The notes below the pieces were generated by a model. It did no database searches. It saw nothing but the letters and a program-made list of their open reading frames with translations, and was not told the DNA's origin. 64,000 bases of DNA, taken from Candidatus Saccharibacteria bacterium RIFCSPHIGHO2_12_FULL_41_12. GTDB lineage: Bacteria; Patescibacteriota; Saccharimonadia; Saccharimonadales; 2-12-FULL-41-12. The DNA is taken from positions 90,676 to 154,675 of the forward strand of contig MGCQ01000008.1 of the NCBI GenBank assembly GCA_001790445.1, written 5' to 3'. A program made the translations under genes and the position numbers. Positions within the stretch are counted from its first letter, which is position 1. The number at the start of each line of letters is the position of its first letter. This document shows, piece by piece, positions 43,780 to 53,286 of this stretch.

Positions 43780-45633
43780 ATGGTAAAAGCAGGGAATAAT
43801 ACTGATCTTGATACAATGCGCCACAGTTTGGCGCATATAATGGCCTCTGCAGTAACTTCAATTTGGCCAGAGGTCAAATTGGGTGTGGGCCCGCCTGTTG
43901 AGGACGGGTTTTATTATGATATTGACCTTGGCGACAAGACGTTGTCAGAAGAAGATTTTGGTCGCATAGAAAAGGCCATGACCCAAATAATTAACGAAAA
44001 ACAGCCTTTTGAGCAGATTATTAAACCGATAGATGAAGCGATTGATTGGGCAAAACAGTCAAAACAGCCATACAAAGAAGAATTACTTAACGATCTCAAG
44101 CGGGCCGGGACAACAGTTGCTAAGGATTTAGACAAAAGTGAACTCGGAACGATATCTACGGGTCAAGCCAAAGTCAAAGAAGTCAGTTTTTACCGTAACG
44201 GTAACTTTATTGACCTCTGCAGAGGCCCGCAGGTAGAAAATACTGCCAAAGTGGGCGCATTTAAGCTTATGAGGGTGGCTGGGGCCTATTGGCGAGGTCG
44301 TGAGACTAATCCGCAGATGCAACGACTGTATGCGGTGGCTTTTGCAACCAAGGCCGAATTAGACCAATATCTTGATAGATTAGAAGAGGCCAAAAAACGT
44401 GATCACCGCAAGCTTGGCAAAGAGCTAGACCTATTTGTTATTTCTGATTTAGTTGGGCCTGGTTTGCCGCTGTTTACCCCAAGAGGGACCGTTCTCAGAG
44501 ATGAATTAGGGCGATTTTCTCAGGAGATACAGGAAAAGTATGGTTATCAAAGGGTTATGATCCCCCACATAACCAGAGCAGAACTTTACAAAATTTCTGG
44601 TCATTATGATAAATATCCGGAAAAATTTACAGTCACCAGTGAAGAATCGGATGACGAATTTATATTAAAACCAATGAGTTGTCCGCACCACGCAATGATA
44701 TATGCCTCAAGACCGAGAAGTTACAGAGACCTTCCTATACGTTATATGGAGAATACTCAGGTCTATCGTGATGAAAAGTCTGGTGAATTACACGGATTGT
44801 CAAGGGTCAGAATGATCACCCAGGATGATAGTCATTGTTTTTGTACGCCCCAGCAGGTTGGTGATGAGCTTTCCAATATTGTCGAGATGGTACGTGAAAT
44901 GTACACAATTTTGGGGATGGAGTATAAAGCTACGCTATCTTTTAAGGACAGTGACGATGACGATAAATATCTAGGAGATGCCAAGACTTGGCAAACAGCC
45001 CAAAAGGCTCTTGAGGATACTGTAAAAGCTCAAAACATCGAATATGAAATTGTTGAAGGAGAAGCAACCTTTTATGGTCCCAAAGTAGACTTTATGGTCA
45101 AGGATGCTCTGGGTAGGCAGTGGCAATGCGCCACCTTGCAGCTTGATTTTTTGCAACCTCAGAGATTTGGCTTGGAGTATGTAGATTCCACAGGGGCAAA
45201 AAGCCAGCCAGTTATGATTCACAAGGCTCTACTCGGATCAATAGAGCGGTTTCTCAGCGTTTATATCGAACATACAGCAGGGAAGTTCCCAATATGGCTA
45301 GCCCCTGAACAGATTAGAATCATAACTGTTAATCAAGAATATGAAACCTATGCTTTCGCTGAGAGCGTTGTTGATCAAGCCAAAAAATTTGGTTTGAGAG
45401 TAAGCCTAGATAATGACTCAGAAAGTGTTGGCAAAAAGATTAGAAAATCAGAGCAAGATAAAGTGCCGTATACTTTGGTTATTGGACCAAAAGAAATTAA
45501 AGATAAAGTTGTAACGCCTAGAATTCGAAGTGACATGGCGGTTATTGCGGCTCACCCAGAGTTAGGGATAGAGGAATTCTTAAAAACTGTCGCTCATGAA
45601 ACAAAAGGCAGAGTTACCAAAAGTTCGCTTTAA
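43780..45633 (+). CDS. thrS: threonyl-tRNA synthetase
   Basis: HSLAHIMA editing-domain motif, DLCRGPQ, class II core and anticodon-binding domain. No TGS N-terminus. Confidence 0.95.
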   Translation: MVKAGNNTDLDTMRHSLAHIMASAVTSIWPEVKLGVGPPVEDGFYYDIDLGDKTLSEEDFGRIEKAMTQIINEKQPFEQIIKPIDEAIDWAKQSKQPYKEELLNDLKRAGTTVAKDLDKSELGTISTGQAKVKEVSFYRNGNFIDLCRGPQVENTAKVGAFKLMRVAGAYWRGRETNPQMQRLYAVAFATKAELDQYLDRLEEAKKRDHRKLGKELDLFVISDLVGPGLPLFTPRGTVLRDELGRFSQEIQEKYGYQRVMIPHITRAELYKISGHYDKYPEKFTVTSEESDDEFILKPMSCPHHAMIYASRPRSYRDLPIRYMENTQVYRDEKSGELHGLSRVRMITQDDSHCFCTPQQVGDELSNIVEMVREMYTILGMEYKATLSFKDSDDDDKYLGDAKTWQTAQKALEDTVKAQNIEYEIVEGEATFYGPKVDFMVKDALGRQWQCATLQLDFLQPQRFGLEYVDSTGAKSQPVMIHKALLGSIERFLSVYIEHTAGKFPIWLAPEQIRIITVNQEYETYAFAESVVDQAKKFGLRVSLDNDSESVGKKIRKSEQDKVPYTLVIGPKEIKDKVVTPRIRSDMAVIAAHPELGIEEFLKTVAHETKGRVTKSSL

Positions 45634-45640
45634 AAAGGGT

Positions 45641-46225
45641 ATGAAAAAGACAATTGCTATAGATATTGACGATGTTATTGCGCAGCATGTTCCAGAATTT
45701 ATAGAGTTTAGTAATAAAAATTATAATACTAACTTGTCTATGCATGATTACAGGGACCATTGGGCAGAAATTTGGCAGGTCGATCACGAAGAAATGAAGA
45801 AAAGGGAGCTCGATTTTCATTCGAAGAGAGTTCATAATTTTAAGAAGCTTAAAGAAGCTGATAGGGTTCTGGAGTTTCTAAAAGAAAACTATGATTTAGT
45901 TATAGTGACTGCTCGACCACAGTATCTTGTAGACTCGACTCATGTTTGGCTGGAACGATTTTACGATGGTATATTCTCTGACGTTCATTTTGTTCCCATA
46001 TGGGAGGCTGGCAGTAAAATAACAAAGGCAGATGTATGTCGCCAAATAGGCGCGGATTATCTTATTGATGATATGCCTCTGCATTGTAATATTGCCTCAA
46101 GTGCTGGGATTACAGCACTTTTATTTGGCGACTATCCTTGGAATCGCAACCTAGATTTGTCCGAGGGTGTTGTTAGGGTAAATAAATGGTCAGACGTAGC
46201 GGAGTATTTTGATGCCAAAAATTGA
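45641..46225 (+). CDS. 5'(3')-deoxyribonucleotidase-like HAD phosphatase
   Basis: IAIDIDDVIA (DxDxV) motif. ATG 45641 preferred over the track start 45596, which overlaps thrS. Confidence 0.6.
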   Translation: MKKTIAIDIDDVIAQHVPEFIEFSNKNYNTNLSMHDYRDHWAEIWQVDHEEMKKRELDFHSKRVHNFKKLKEADRVLEFLKENYDLVIVTARPQYLVDSTHVWLERFYDGIFSDVHFVPIWEAGSKITKADVCRQIGADYLIDDMPLHCNIASSAGITALLFGDYPWNRNLDLSEGVVRVNKWSDVAEYFDAKN

Positions 46226-46538
46226 TCGAAAATTTAAAGACATGGTTTATTATTTTGTATTTCAGATTCCAGAGGGGAGAGTTATGACGTATGGGCAACT
46301 GGCAACGCTCTGTGGTTATCCCAGAGCAGCCAGAGCAGTTGGACAAATAGCGCATTTTGGGCCAATAGACTTGCCATGGCATAGGGTAGTCAATAAAAAA
46401 GGGGGTTTGGCTGCAACATTTTCATTTGGTGGGCTAGAAGGGCAGAGAAAGCTACTCGAACAAGAGGGCATAGACATAGTTGATAATCGAATTAACAATT
46501 TAGAAGAGTATTTATGGCAACCGATAAACTACCGATAA
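46209..46538 (+). CDS. alkyltransferase-like (ATL) protein, MGMT DNA-binding domain without the catalytic Cys
   Basis: TYGQLA...PWHRVV: Trp replaces the Cys of the PCHRV motif. Confidence 0.75.
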   Translation: MMPKIDRKFKDMVYYFVFQIPEGRVMTYGQLATLCGYPRAARAVGQIAHFGPIDLPWHRVVNKKGGLAATFSFGGLEGQRKLLEQEGIDIVDNRINNLEEYLWQPINYR

Positions 46539-47395
46539 TAATCATATTGGGACCGACTGCTTCGGGCAAGACCGGTTTGTCTCTCAAAATTGCCAAAAAA
46601 CTGGGTAACATAGAGATAATTTGTGCGGACTCAAGAACCATTTACAGGGGGATGGATATTGGTACAGCTAAACCTTCAGCACAGGAGCAAGCAGTGGCGC
46701 CACATCATCTCATCGATATTTTGAATCCTGATCAGAGATATAGCGCAGCTGAGTTCCAGAGACAAGCGAAATTATTGATCAATGACATCAAAAAACGAAA
46801 TAACATCCCGGTGATTGTTGGTGGCACGGGGCTGTATGTCTTTTCGATAATATACGACTACTCTTTTCCGGCAGGTCCGGCTAGTGCTTCAAGATCAGAA
46901 CTCGAGTCAAAAGACATTGAAGAGCTTAAATCTATGTTGCAATATCTTGACGCAGAGGCATTTTCGATGATTGATACAAGCAACCCCCGCAGGGTTATTA
47001 GGGCGATTGAGACAGCGGGCATGGACAAACCTGATAATTCCCAGCTAATCGATAATGTATGCGTTCTGGGCATTCAGATCCCGCTACCGCAACTAGAGCA
47101 AAGAATATCCGCAAGAACTAAACAGATGATAGACACTGGCTTAGTTGAAGAAGTTAAGTCTTTAGTTGACCAATACGGACAGGACATTGAACCACTACAA
47201 ACAGTAGGCTACAAAGAGATGGTCGATTATATTATGGGCAAACAAAGTTTAAATGAAACGATAGAACTCATTAATCTCCATACCCGACAGTTGTCAAAGA
47301 GGCAAATGACATGGTTTAAGAGGTCAAAGGACATTAAATGGGTAGATAGTTACTCAGCCGCAATAAAAGAAATTAATATATTTACTCAAATTTGA
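46514..47395 (+). CDS. miaA: tRNA dimethylallyltransferase
   Basis: P-loop GPTASGKT and DSRTIYRGMDIGTAKP. Confidence 0.9.
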   Translation: MATDKLPIIIILGPTASGKTGLSLKIAKKLGNIEIICADSRTIYRGMDIGTAKPSAQEQAVAPHHLIDILNPDQRYSAAEFQRQAKLLINDIKKRNNIPVIVGGTGLYVFSIIYDYSFPAGPASASRSELESKDIEELKSMLQYLDAEAFSMIDTSNPRRVIRAIETAGMDKPDNSQLIDNVCVLGIQIPLPQLEQRISARTKQMIDTGLVEEVKSLVDQYGQDIEPLQTVGYKEMVDYIMGKQSLNETIELINLHTRQLSKRQMTWFKRSKDIKWVDSYSAAIKEINIFTQI

Positions 47396-47407
47396 TATAC
47401 TGGAGTT

Positions 47408-47986
47408 ATGATTGAGCAACTTTTTGGGTCGAAGACACGTGTAAAGCTACTGCAGCTTTTTTATGCCAATCCAAACAGGGCATTTTATGTGCGAGAAATC
47501 ACTCGCAAAATCGATGAGCAAATTAATTCCGTACGGCGAGAACTAGCTAATTTGCTCAGTATTGGCATCATTTCATCAGAAACACAGAACAACAAACTTT
47601 TTTACGAAGTTGACAAGACGTATGAGTACTACAAGCCGCTTTTGCAGATTTTTAGCACAGAGGGTTCTGTCGGTGAAGAAGGTGGTGTAGAAGATGAACT
47701 AAAGGCACTAGGCCGAGTCGACATTGCAATATTTACCGGTCAACTTACCAGAGATAAATCGATAGATGTTGATTTTTTAGTCGTTGGGGATATTAATAAA
47801 ACCCAGCTAGATAAATATGTGCACGATTTAGAAAAAAAAGAAGGCAAAGAAATTCGCTACGTTGTTATGTCAAACAAAGATTTTGAGTACAGAGGCAAGG
47901 TCAATGATAAATTTTTGAATAATATCATGTCTGCAAAAAAACAAATATTACTGGATCGTGATAATTATTTTGGTGAAAGGGGTTAG
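47408..47986 (+). CDS. winged-helix transcriptional regulator-like protein
   Basis: N-terminal wHTH pattern (KTRVKLLQLFYANPNRAFYVREITRKI...VRRELANL). Confidence 0.55.
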   Translation: MIEQLFGSKTRVKLLQLFYANPNRAFYVREITRKIDEQINSVRRELANLLSIGIISSETQNNKLFYEVDKTYEYYKPLLQIFSTEGSVGEEGGVEDELKALGRVDIAIFTGQLTRDKSIDVDFLVVGDINKTQLDKYVHDLEKKEGKEIRYVVMSNKDFEYRGKVNDKFLNNIMSAKKQILLDRDNYFGERG

Positions 47987-47989
47987 TCG

Positions 47990-48613
47990 GTGCAAATAGA
48001 ATATTTTGGGGCAAATTGTGTTGTGGTTTCGTCAAAAAAAACGCGTATTGTTATTGATGACAATTTGTCAGAGTTAGGGCTCAAGTCAATTACAAAACCA
48101 GACGATATAGCCCTTTTTACTTCGGTAGAACACGTCCAGTCGAAAGCAAGCTTTGTCGTAGACACCCCAGGTGAATATGAGGTAAAAGACATCTCAATCA
48201 AGGGCATTGGCGCACAGCTTCATATTGATGAGTCAGGTAATAACTCAATTATTTATCTGATTACAATTGGTAATACTCGTGTTTGTGTTGTCGGTAACAT
48301 TATAAGCAGTTTGACAGAAGCCCAACAAGAGGCAATAGGCGTTGTCGATGCGCTCATAGTACCGGTAGGTGGCAGTGGTTTTACCCTTGATCCTATCGGA
48401 GCGAAAAAAGTGATTCACACTATAGCCCCAAAGGTTTTTATTCCTGTTCATTACGCTGATAAAGCAATTAAATACCAAGTGCCTCAGATAGATCTAAGTG
48501 TAGTTATCAAGGAAATGTCGATAGAGAACACAGAAGAAATTGAAACTTATAAAATTAAGTCACGTGAAGCTATTGACGAGCATCAAAAAACTATTATTCT
48601 CAAAAGAAAATAA
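47990..48613 (+). CDS. MBL-fold metal-dependent hydrolase-like protein
   Basis: UPF0173-like pattern (IEYFGANCVVV...IVIDD...IPVHY). GTG start. Confidence 0.5.
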   Translation: MQIEYFGANCVVVSSKKTRIVIDDNLSELGLKSITKPDDIALFTSVEHVQSKASFVVDTPGEYEVKDISIKGIGAQLHIDESGNNSIIYLITIGNTRVCVVGNIISSLTEAQQEAIGVVDALIVPVGGSGFTLDPIGAKKVIHTIAPKVFIPVHYADKAIKYQVPQIDLSVVIKEMSIENTEEIETYKIKSREAIDEHQKTIILKRK

Positions 48614-48685
48614 CCTACAACCTACACACCACCTTTTCCTGACAACTGGCCCAGCCAGCTGTGCCGAAAAGATTCTTGGGCCAAA

Positions 48686-48907
48686 TTAGTTGTTAATTTT
48701 TTGGGCAGAGGCAGTAGTAGGCAGAAGACCCTTTTTCTTGAGTGTGCGTATGCCGGCTGCTGATACCTTTATTTTTGTCTTTTTCCCATCAATAACGACG
48801 GTTTTGGTTTGTAGATTTGGCTTCCAGGTTTTGCTGGTACGTCGAAGTGAGAAGCTCACATTGTGGCCAAATTGCTTACCTTTGCCAGTTATCTCGCATT
48901 TTTGCAT
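48686..48907 (-). CDS. rpmB: 50S ribosomal protein L28
   Basis: CEITGKGKQFGHNVSFSLRRTSKTWKPNLQ. Confidence 0.9.
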   Translation of the reverse strand: MQKCEITGKGKQFGHNVSFSLRRTSKTWKPNLQTKTVVIDGKKTKIKVSAAGIRTLKKKGLLPTTASAQKINN

Positions 48908-48999
48908 GAGTTAAACTTTCTTAATAAAACTACTAAATGTTCTACATATTGTATATTTTTAGTCGAAAGAAGTCAATGTTGAGATATAATAACTAGAAC

Positions 49000-49626
49000 A
49001 TGGATATAATCAACGGCGTTAACATTGTTAATATTGGGATTTTACTGGTTGCTTTGCTGCTTTCTATGAGTATTCATGAGGCTATGCACGGCTTTGTTGC
49101 TTTTTGGCTTGGAGACGACACCGCAGAGAAGGAAGGTCGTTTGACGTTGAATCCTTTTGCACACATTGATCTATATATTACGATACTTCTACCTCTGTTT
49201 TTAATAATTTTGGGGATGCCTCCGATATTAGCAGCCAAGCCAGTCCCGTTTAACCCAAACAGATTGAGATATGGTGATTTTGGGGCTGCACTTGTCGGCG
49301 TATCTGGGCCAATCACCAATTTATTGCTAGCTGCGGCTTGCGCTCCAATACTTCATGTTGTTGCCCCAGGCACAATTATCTACTCCTTTATAACGGTGAT
49401 GATTACCTTAAATGTGCTTTTGTTTGTGTTTAATATGCTACCTATCCCGCCCCTTGATGGGTCGCGACTACTTTATGCGTTTTCACCAGAGCCGGTGAGA
49501 AGAATTTTAGAGAGCATTGAGTCTATCGGGATAATGTTCATTATAGTTATTTTGCTACTGCTCATGCCGATAATCGCACCATTTATTTCGGGCGTATCTA
49601 CTGAAATAATTAATTTTCTTGTATAA
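49000..49626 (+). CDS. site-2 protease family (M50) membrane metalloprotease
   Basis: HEAMHGF (HExxH) in a TM helix and a downstream PIPPLDG motif. Confidence 0.8.
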   Translation: MDIINGVNIVNIGILLVALLLSMSIHEAMHGFVAFWLGDDTAEKEGRLTLNPFAHIDLYITILLPLFLIILGMPPILAAKPVPFNPNRLRYGDFGAALVGVSGPITNLLLAAACAPILHVVAPGTIIYSFITVMITLNVLLFVFNMLPIPPLDGSRLLYAFSPEPVRRILESIESIGIMFIIVILLLLMPIIAPFISGVSTEIINFLV

Positions 49627-49637
49627 TCTAAGATAGC

Positions 49638-49763
49638 CATACCGGTGAATTTACTGATTAACTTAATACTATAAAGATTGGGAAATCAAGATTTAATAAA
49701 ACCGTGGTTTTATTGTGAGATAACCCACCTGCAATTCGCAGGTCAATCAGTTGACCCGGTATG
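49638..49763. other. structured intergenic element between convergent genes
   Basis: Long-range helix CATACCGG...ACTGATT (49638-49659) / AATCAGT...CCGGTATG (49745-49763), enclosing hairpins TAAAAC/GTTTTA and CCTGC/GCAGG. Confidence 0.4.
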
Positions 49764-49771
49764 ACTTTTAT

Positions 49772-50935
49772 TTAAGCGGCTTCTTTCTCGGGTGCTTCTA
49801 TAACAGCAGCTTTTGGTAGGGAAGTAGCACGAGTATCAAGGTCTTGTGCAGCCTCATGTGCAAGTCGAAGATGGCGAGGTGGGTTTTTGCCAGCAAGAGA
49901 AGCCAGCAATTCAGGAGGTATTTGCGCCAACATTTCTGTCCCCAGCAAGTGATTACGTCTCATTTGTTCGTGGGCCAGATTTTCTGGTGATAATTCCATT
50001 GCTCCGTACTGGGCAAAATCGAGACCTGCTGTTTTTGCTCCCATCTGAGATTGTTTAGAATTATAGTGCCAGTATTCTTCGGCATAAGGCTCCAAACCAA
50101 CTGCAATCATAACATTGCAAAGAAGTCTTCTGTTTTGCTTGGCGTTTTCCTCTGCCTCTGTTAGAGGGCGTTCTTCGGCTAGCACTTCAAAGTAATTTAA
50201 TGCTGATTCTGGGCCTCCATGATCCCATTTTGTGCCAAAATCTAGCATCTCTGCATTTTGAGCTATTAAACCAATTCTTTCCATCTCTAATTTGTATATA
50301 TCCTCTACATGAGAGGCATCATCTTCCATCTCTGATACTAAATTATTTATTTCGTTAACTCTGGTTTCAATATTCTCTGGTAGCTGATATAGTACAACAT
50401 CTATAGAGCCCCCAGTATTGTGAGGAGAAGGTTTATCTGGATCAGTAGATGGTATAGAAACGAATTTTTGAGTTTCTGCAGAGAGCTCTTCCTCCTTCAC
50501 ATCTGGTCTCTGCTTTCTTATGCTATCAAGGTAGTTATCGTATAGTGCCCCTTGGACATCGAGAGTACGAAAGGAATCCATGACCATGATATGGACACCT
50601 TCTGGCAAAAGTTCTTCAGCTTCAATTAATTGGTTAGCCACTTCTCTCCGAGCAAATGTCGTAACCAAAGCTCCTTCTAATTGATTACGTGAATATGGCG
50701 AATCATTGCGTTCACCAAAATATATTGAACTTGTAAATATTCGGTCATAGGGATTATCGCTAAATGGGCCTATTGCTTCCAGGGGCTCGCCACACTCAGT
50801 AAGTGGCACTTCCTTCCATCCAGCGACAGAGGCTATCTCCAGAGGGATTGGATGAAGAAGGTCATTTTTGTTTATTTCATTTTGTTTTTCTGTTTCCATG
50901 GATGGTACGGTACTTCTTATATATTTATAACTCAT
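49772..50935 (-). CDS. VanX-like D-Ala-D-Ala dipeptidase family (M15) protein
   Basis: MDSFRTLDVQ, PSPHNTGGSIDVV (SxHxxGxAxD-like) and EEYWHYN (ExxH). Confidence 0.6.
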   Translation of the reverse strand: MSYKYIRSTVPSMETEKQNEINKNDLLHPIPLEIASVAGWKEVPLTECGEPLEAIGPFSDNPYDRIFTSSIYFGERNDSPYSRNQLEGALVTTFARREVANQLIEAEELLPEGVHIMVMDSFRTLDVQGALYDNYLDSIRKQRPDVKEEELSAETQKFVSIPSTDPDKPSPHNTGGSIDVVLYQLPENIETRVNEINNLVSEMEDDASHVEDIYKLEMERIGLIAQNAEMLDFGTKWDHGGPESALNYFEVLAEERPLTEAEENAKQNRRLLCNVMIAVGLEPYAEEYWHYNSKQSQMGAKTAGLDFAQYGAMELSPENLAHEQMRRNHLLGTEMLAQIPPELLASLAGKNPPRHLRLAHEAAQDLDTRATSLPKAAVIEAPEKEAA

Positions 50936-51006
50936 ATTCTATCAAAAAATAACCATTTTGTCAAGTAACTGAGATTCCATAACCGCGTAATCGTGTAGGC
51001 TATTAA

Positions 51007-51726
51007 ATGATTCAGAGGTATAATAAGCGCATGGATAATAGCCCTCTTAAGAAGGAGTATGATTTTAAAAGCTACAAAGCTGGAGCAGATTTTGTTTTTG
51101 CTGTTTCGGAAATTGCTGAGAGTATTGATCATCACCCCCTAATCACTTTAGATTATAAAAAGGTGAGGGTAGAATCTATTTCTCACGATTTGGGGGAAGT
51201 AACAGATAGAGATAGAGATTTGATGAGCAAAATTGATGATTATTTTGTCAATAATTATCAATCAAATGGGGCAGATATGCCCGATCAGGACAACCAATAT
51301 GATTACTCTACAGTAACAATATATACAGATGGGGGATCCAGAGGAAACCCAGGACCGTCGGCCTCAGGGTTTGTTATATATGATGCTAATGAAAAAATCA
51401 TAGTCCGGTCCGCCAATTATATTGGCGTTACGACTAATAACCAAGCAGAATACATTTCAGTTAAAAATGCTCTAACTTATGCTCAAAAACTTTCTGCAAA
51501 AAAAGTTGTTGTTTTTATGGATAGTCAGTTAGTTATTAATCAGCTAAATGGTGAGTACAAGGTAAAAAATCGTGATTTATGGCCAATATACCAGTCGGTT
51601 AAGGAGTTATCCAAGACATTTGGGCATATTAGTTTTAATCATACGCCAAGAGAGGGCAATAAATTAGCTGATGCTCTTGTTAACGAGAGCCTAGATAAAG
51701 CTACTGATATTCTCTATAATAACTAG
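51007..51726 (+). CDS. rnhA: fusion protein: pterin-4a-carbinolamine dehydratase-like domain + RNase HI domain
   Basis: N-terminal DHHPLITLDYKKVRVESISHD. C-terminal TDGGSRGNPGPSASG...NNQAEY...DSQLV...GNKLADAL. The start may be ATG 51031. Confidence 0.8.
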   Translation: MIQRYNKRMDNSPLKKEYDFKSYKAGADFVFAVSEIAESIDHHPLITLDYKKVRVESISHDLGEVTDRDRDLMSKIDDYFVNNYQSNGADMPDQDNQYDYSTVTIYTDGGSRGNPGPSASGFVIYDANEKIIVRSANYIGVTTNNQAEYISVKNALTYAQKLSAKKVVVFMDSQLVINQLNGEYKVKNRDLWPIYQSVKELSKTFGHISFNHTPREGNKLADALVNESLDKATDILYNN

Positions 51727-51728
51727 TG

Positions 51729-52082
51729 TCAGACTATTGGCTGATCGCCCCGCCATAGGTGGGGAGGAAAGTCCGGGCAGCATATGAGGAGGGCAGTTGC
51801 TAACGGCAACCGGAGGAGACTCTAGGGAAAGTGCCACAGAAACTAAACTACCTCTGTTTACAGAGGAAAAGGTGAAAAGAGTGGGGTAAGAGCTCACAGC
51901 TGTCTATGGTGACATAGACGGGAGGTAAACCCTGCCTGCTGCAAGGAGAGAAACGAGCATTAAAGTTCCTCGCTGTTTGTTTCTCATAAGACCCGCTTGA
52001 CCCTAATGGCAACATTAGGGCTAGATAGATGATCAGCCCCCCGACTTGTCGGGGGACAAAACCCGGCTTATAGATAGTCTGA
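51729..52082 (+). ncRNA. rnpB: RNase P RNA, bacterial type A
   Basis: GAGGAAAGTCCGGGC (P4 5' strand), ACAAAACCCGGCTTAT (P4 3' strand), P1 TCAGACTAT/ATAGTCTGA, P2 GGCTGATC/GATCAGCC, GGTAAACCC. Confidence 0.95.
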
Positions 52083-52087
52083 TAATT

Positions 52088-52121
52088 AAAAAAGACTTAC
52101 CCTCAAAGGGTAAGTCTTTTT
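52088..52121. terminator. bidirectional intrinsic terminator (rnpB / rplT)
   Basis: 11-bp stem AGACTTACCCT/AGGGTAAGTCT flanked by an A-run and a T-run. Confidence 0.8.
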
Positions 52122-52139
52122 AGTTTATAACTAGTTGTC

Positions 52140-52484
52140 TTATTTTTTGACTGTTTGCACTATCTTTTTGAAGACAGCTGGTTCGTTGACGGCTAACTCG
52201 CTTAAGATTTTTCTATCAAGAGCTATATTTTTCTTTTTGAGAGCAGAGATTAATTGGCTGTATGTAGTCCCATTTTCTCTGGCAGCTGCATTTATGCGGA
52301 TGTTCCACAGAGAACGAAAAGTTCGCTTACGGTTTTTGCGGTCTCTAGTCGCATAAACAAGCGCTTTTGTTATCGCTTGCTTACCTCTGCGAATGCTTGA
52401 TCTGTTAGACCGAGTCATTCCCTTGGTTGCTTTGCGGATTTTGTTGTGCCGCTTGTGTGTAGTGGTTCCTCTTTTGACTCTCAT
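52140..52484 (-). CDS. rplT: 50S ribosomal protein L20
   Basis: MRVKRGTTTHKRHNKI... typical L20. infC-rpmI-rplT operon. Confidence 0.95.
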   Translation of the reverse strand: MRVKRGTTTHKRHNKIRKATKGMTRSNRSSIRRGKQAITKALVYATRDRKNRKRTFRSLWNIRINAAARENGTTYSQLISALKKKNIALDRKILSELAVNEPAVFKKIVQTVKK

Positions 52485-52681
52485 TATTGGACTCCAAGCT
52501 TTCTTTTCATATTCTTAACTGATTTGCCACTGACTTTTTCTGATCCTGCAAAAGTTCTCTTTCTTGAGGCGCTTTTTTTCTGAAGGTTGTGAGCAACGCC
52601 TCCGTGACGGCGCATAACTTTGCCATTTTTGGTAATTTTTATACGGTCTTTTGTCCCGCTATGAGTTTTTAGCTTTGGCAT
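52484..52681 (-). CDS. rpmI: 50S ribosomal protein L35
   Basis: MPKLKTHSGTKDRIKITKNGKV... Confidence 0.95.
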   Translation of the reverse strand: MPKLKTHSGTKDRIKITKNGKVMRRHGGVAHNLQKKSASRKRTFAGSEKVSGKSVKNMKRKLGVQ

Positions 52682-53186
52682 GGTTGCTCCTTACTATGAA
52701 TATTAGTTGTTTGCCAGAAAATTGCGGTTGTTGATCTACAATTATATCATCACCTAGAATTTCTATCACCTTCGTCGCTAGAGTAAAACCTATCTCTTTG
52801 TGAGCTAGCTCTCTCCCTCTGTACATAATTGTTATTTTGGTCTTATGACCATGTTCGAGGAAGTCGATAACTTTCTTTAATTTTACTCCAAGATCGTGAT
52901 CGCTGATCTTAAGGCCTAGCCTTATTTGTTTAACATCGAGCGTTTTGGCGTTTTTCTTGTTTTTTTGAAGTTGTTTGGTGCGCTGGTAATTGTATTTACC
53001 CCAGTCAATTATTTTCGCAACGGGCGGGTCTGCATTTGGAGATATCTCAACAAGGTCAAGATTATTCAAATTAGCTAGCTTCAGAGCTTCTTCTTTGGAT
53101 ATTACTCCGATTTGTCGCCCTTCGTGATCAATAACCCGTAGGTTTTTTGCCCTTATGCCGTCATTGATGCGGGTATGCTTAGCTAT
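52659..53186 (-). CDS. infC: translation initiation factor IF-3, non-canonical ATA start
   Basis: The track ORF (from 53069) lacks the conserved N-domain. The frame stays open upstream and reads (M)AKHTRINDGIRAKNLRVIDHEGRQIGVI from ATA 53184-53186, which lies 9 nt after AAGGAG. Confidence 0.8.
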   Translation of the reverse strand: MAKHTRINDGIRAKNLRVIDHEGRQIGVISKEEALKLANLNNLDLVEISPNADPPVAKIIDWGKYNYQRTKQLQKNKKNAKTLDVKQIRLGLKISDHDLGVKLKKVIDFLEHGHKTKITIMYRGRELAHKEIGFTLATKVIEILGDDIIVDQQPQFSGKQLIFIVRSNHAKAKNS

Positions 53187-53286
53187 TGTTAGTTTCTCCT
53201 TATTCTTCTCGCCAATTACTACTCACGATATTTTACCAAATTTATTCAGCAATTTCAATCTGTTTTTAATCTATATAACGGCGTGT

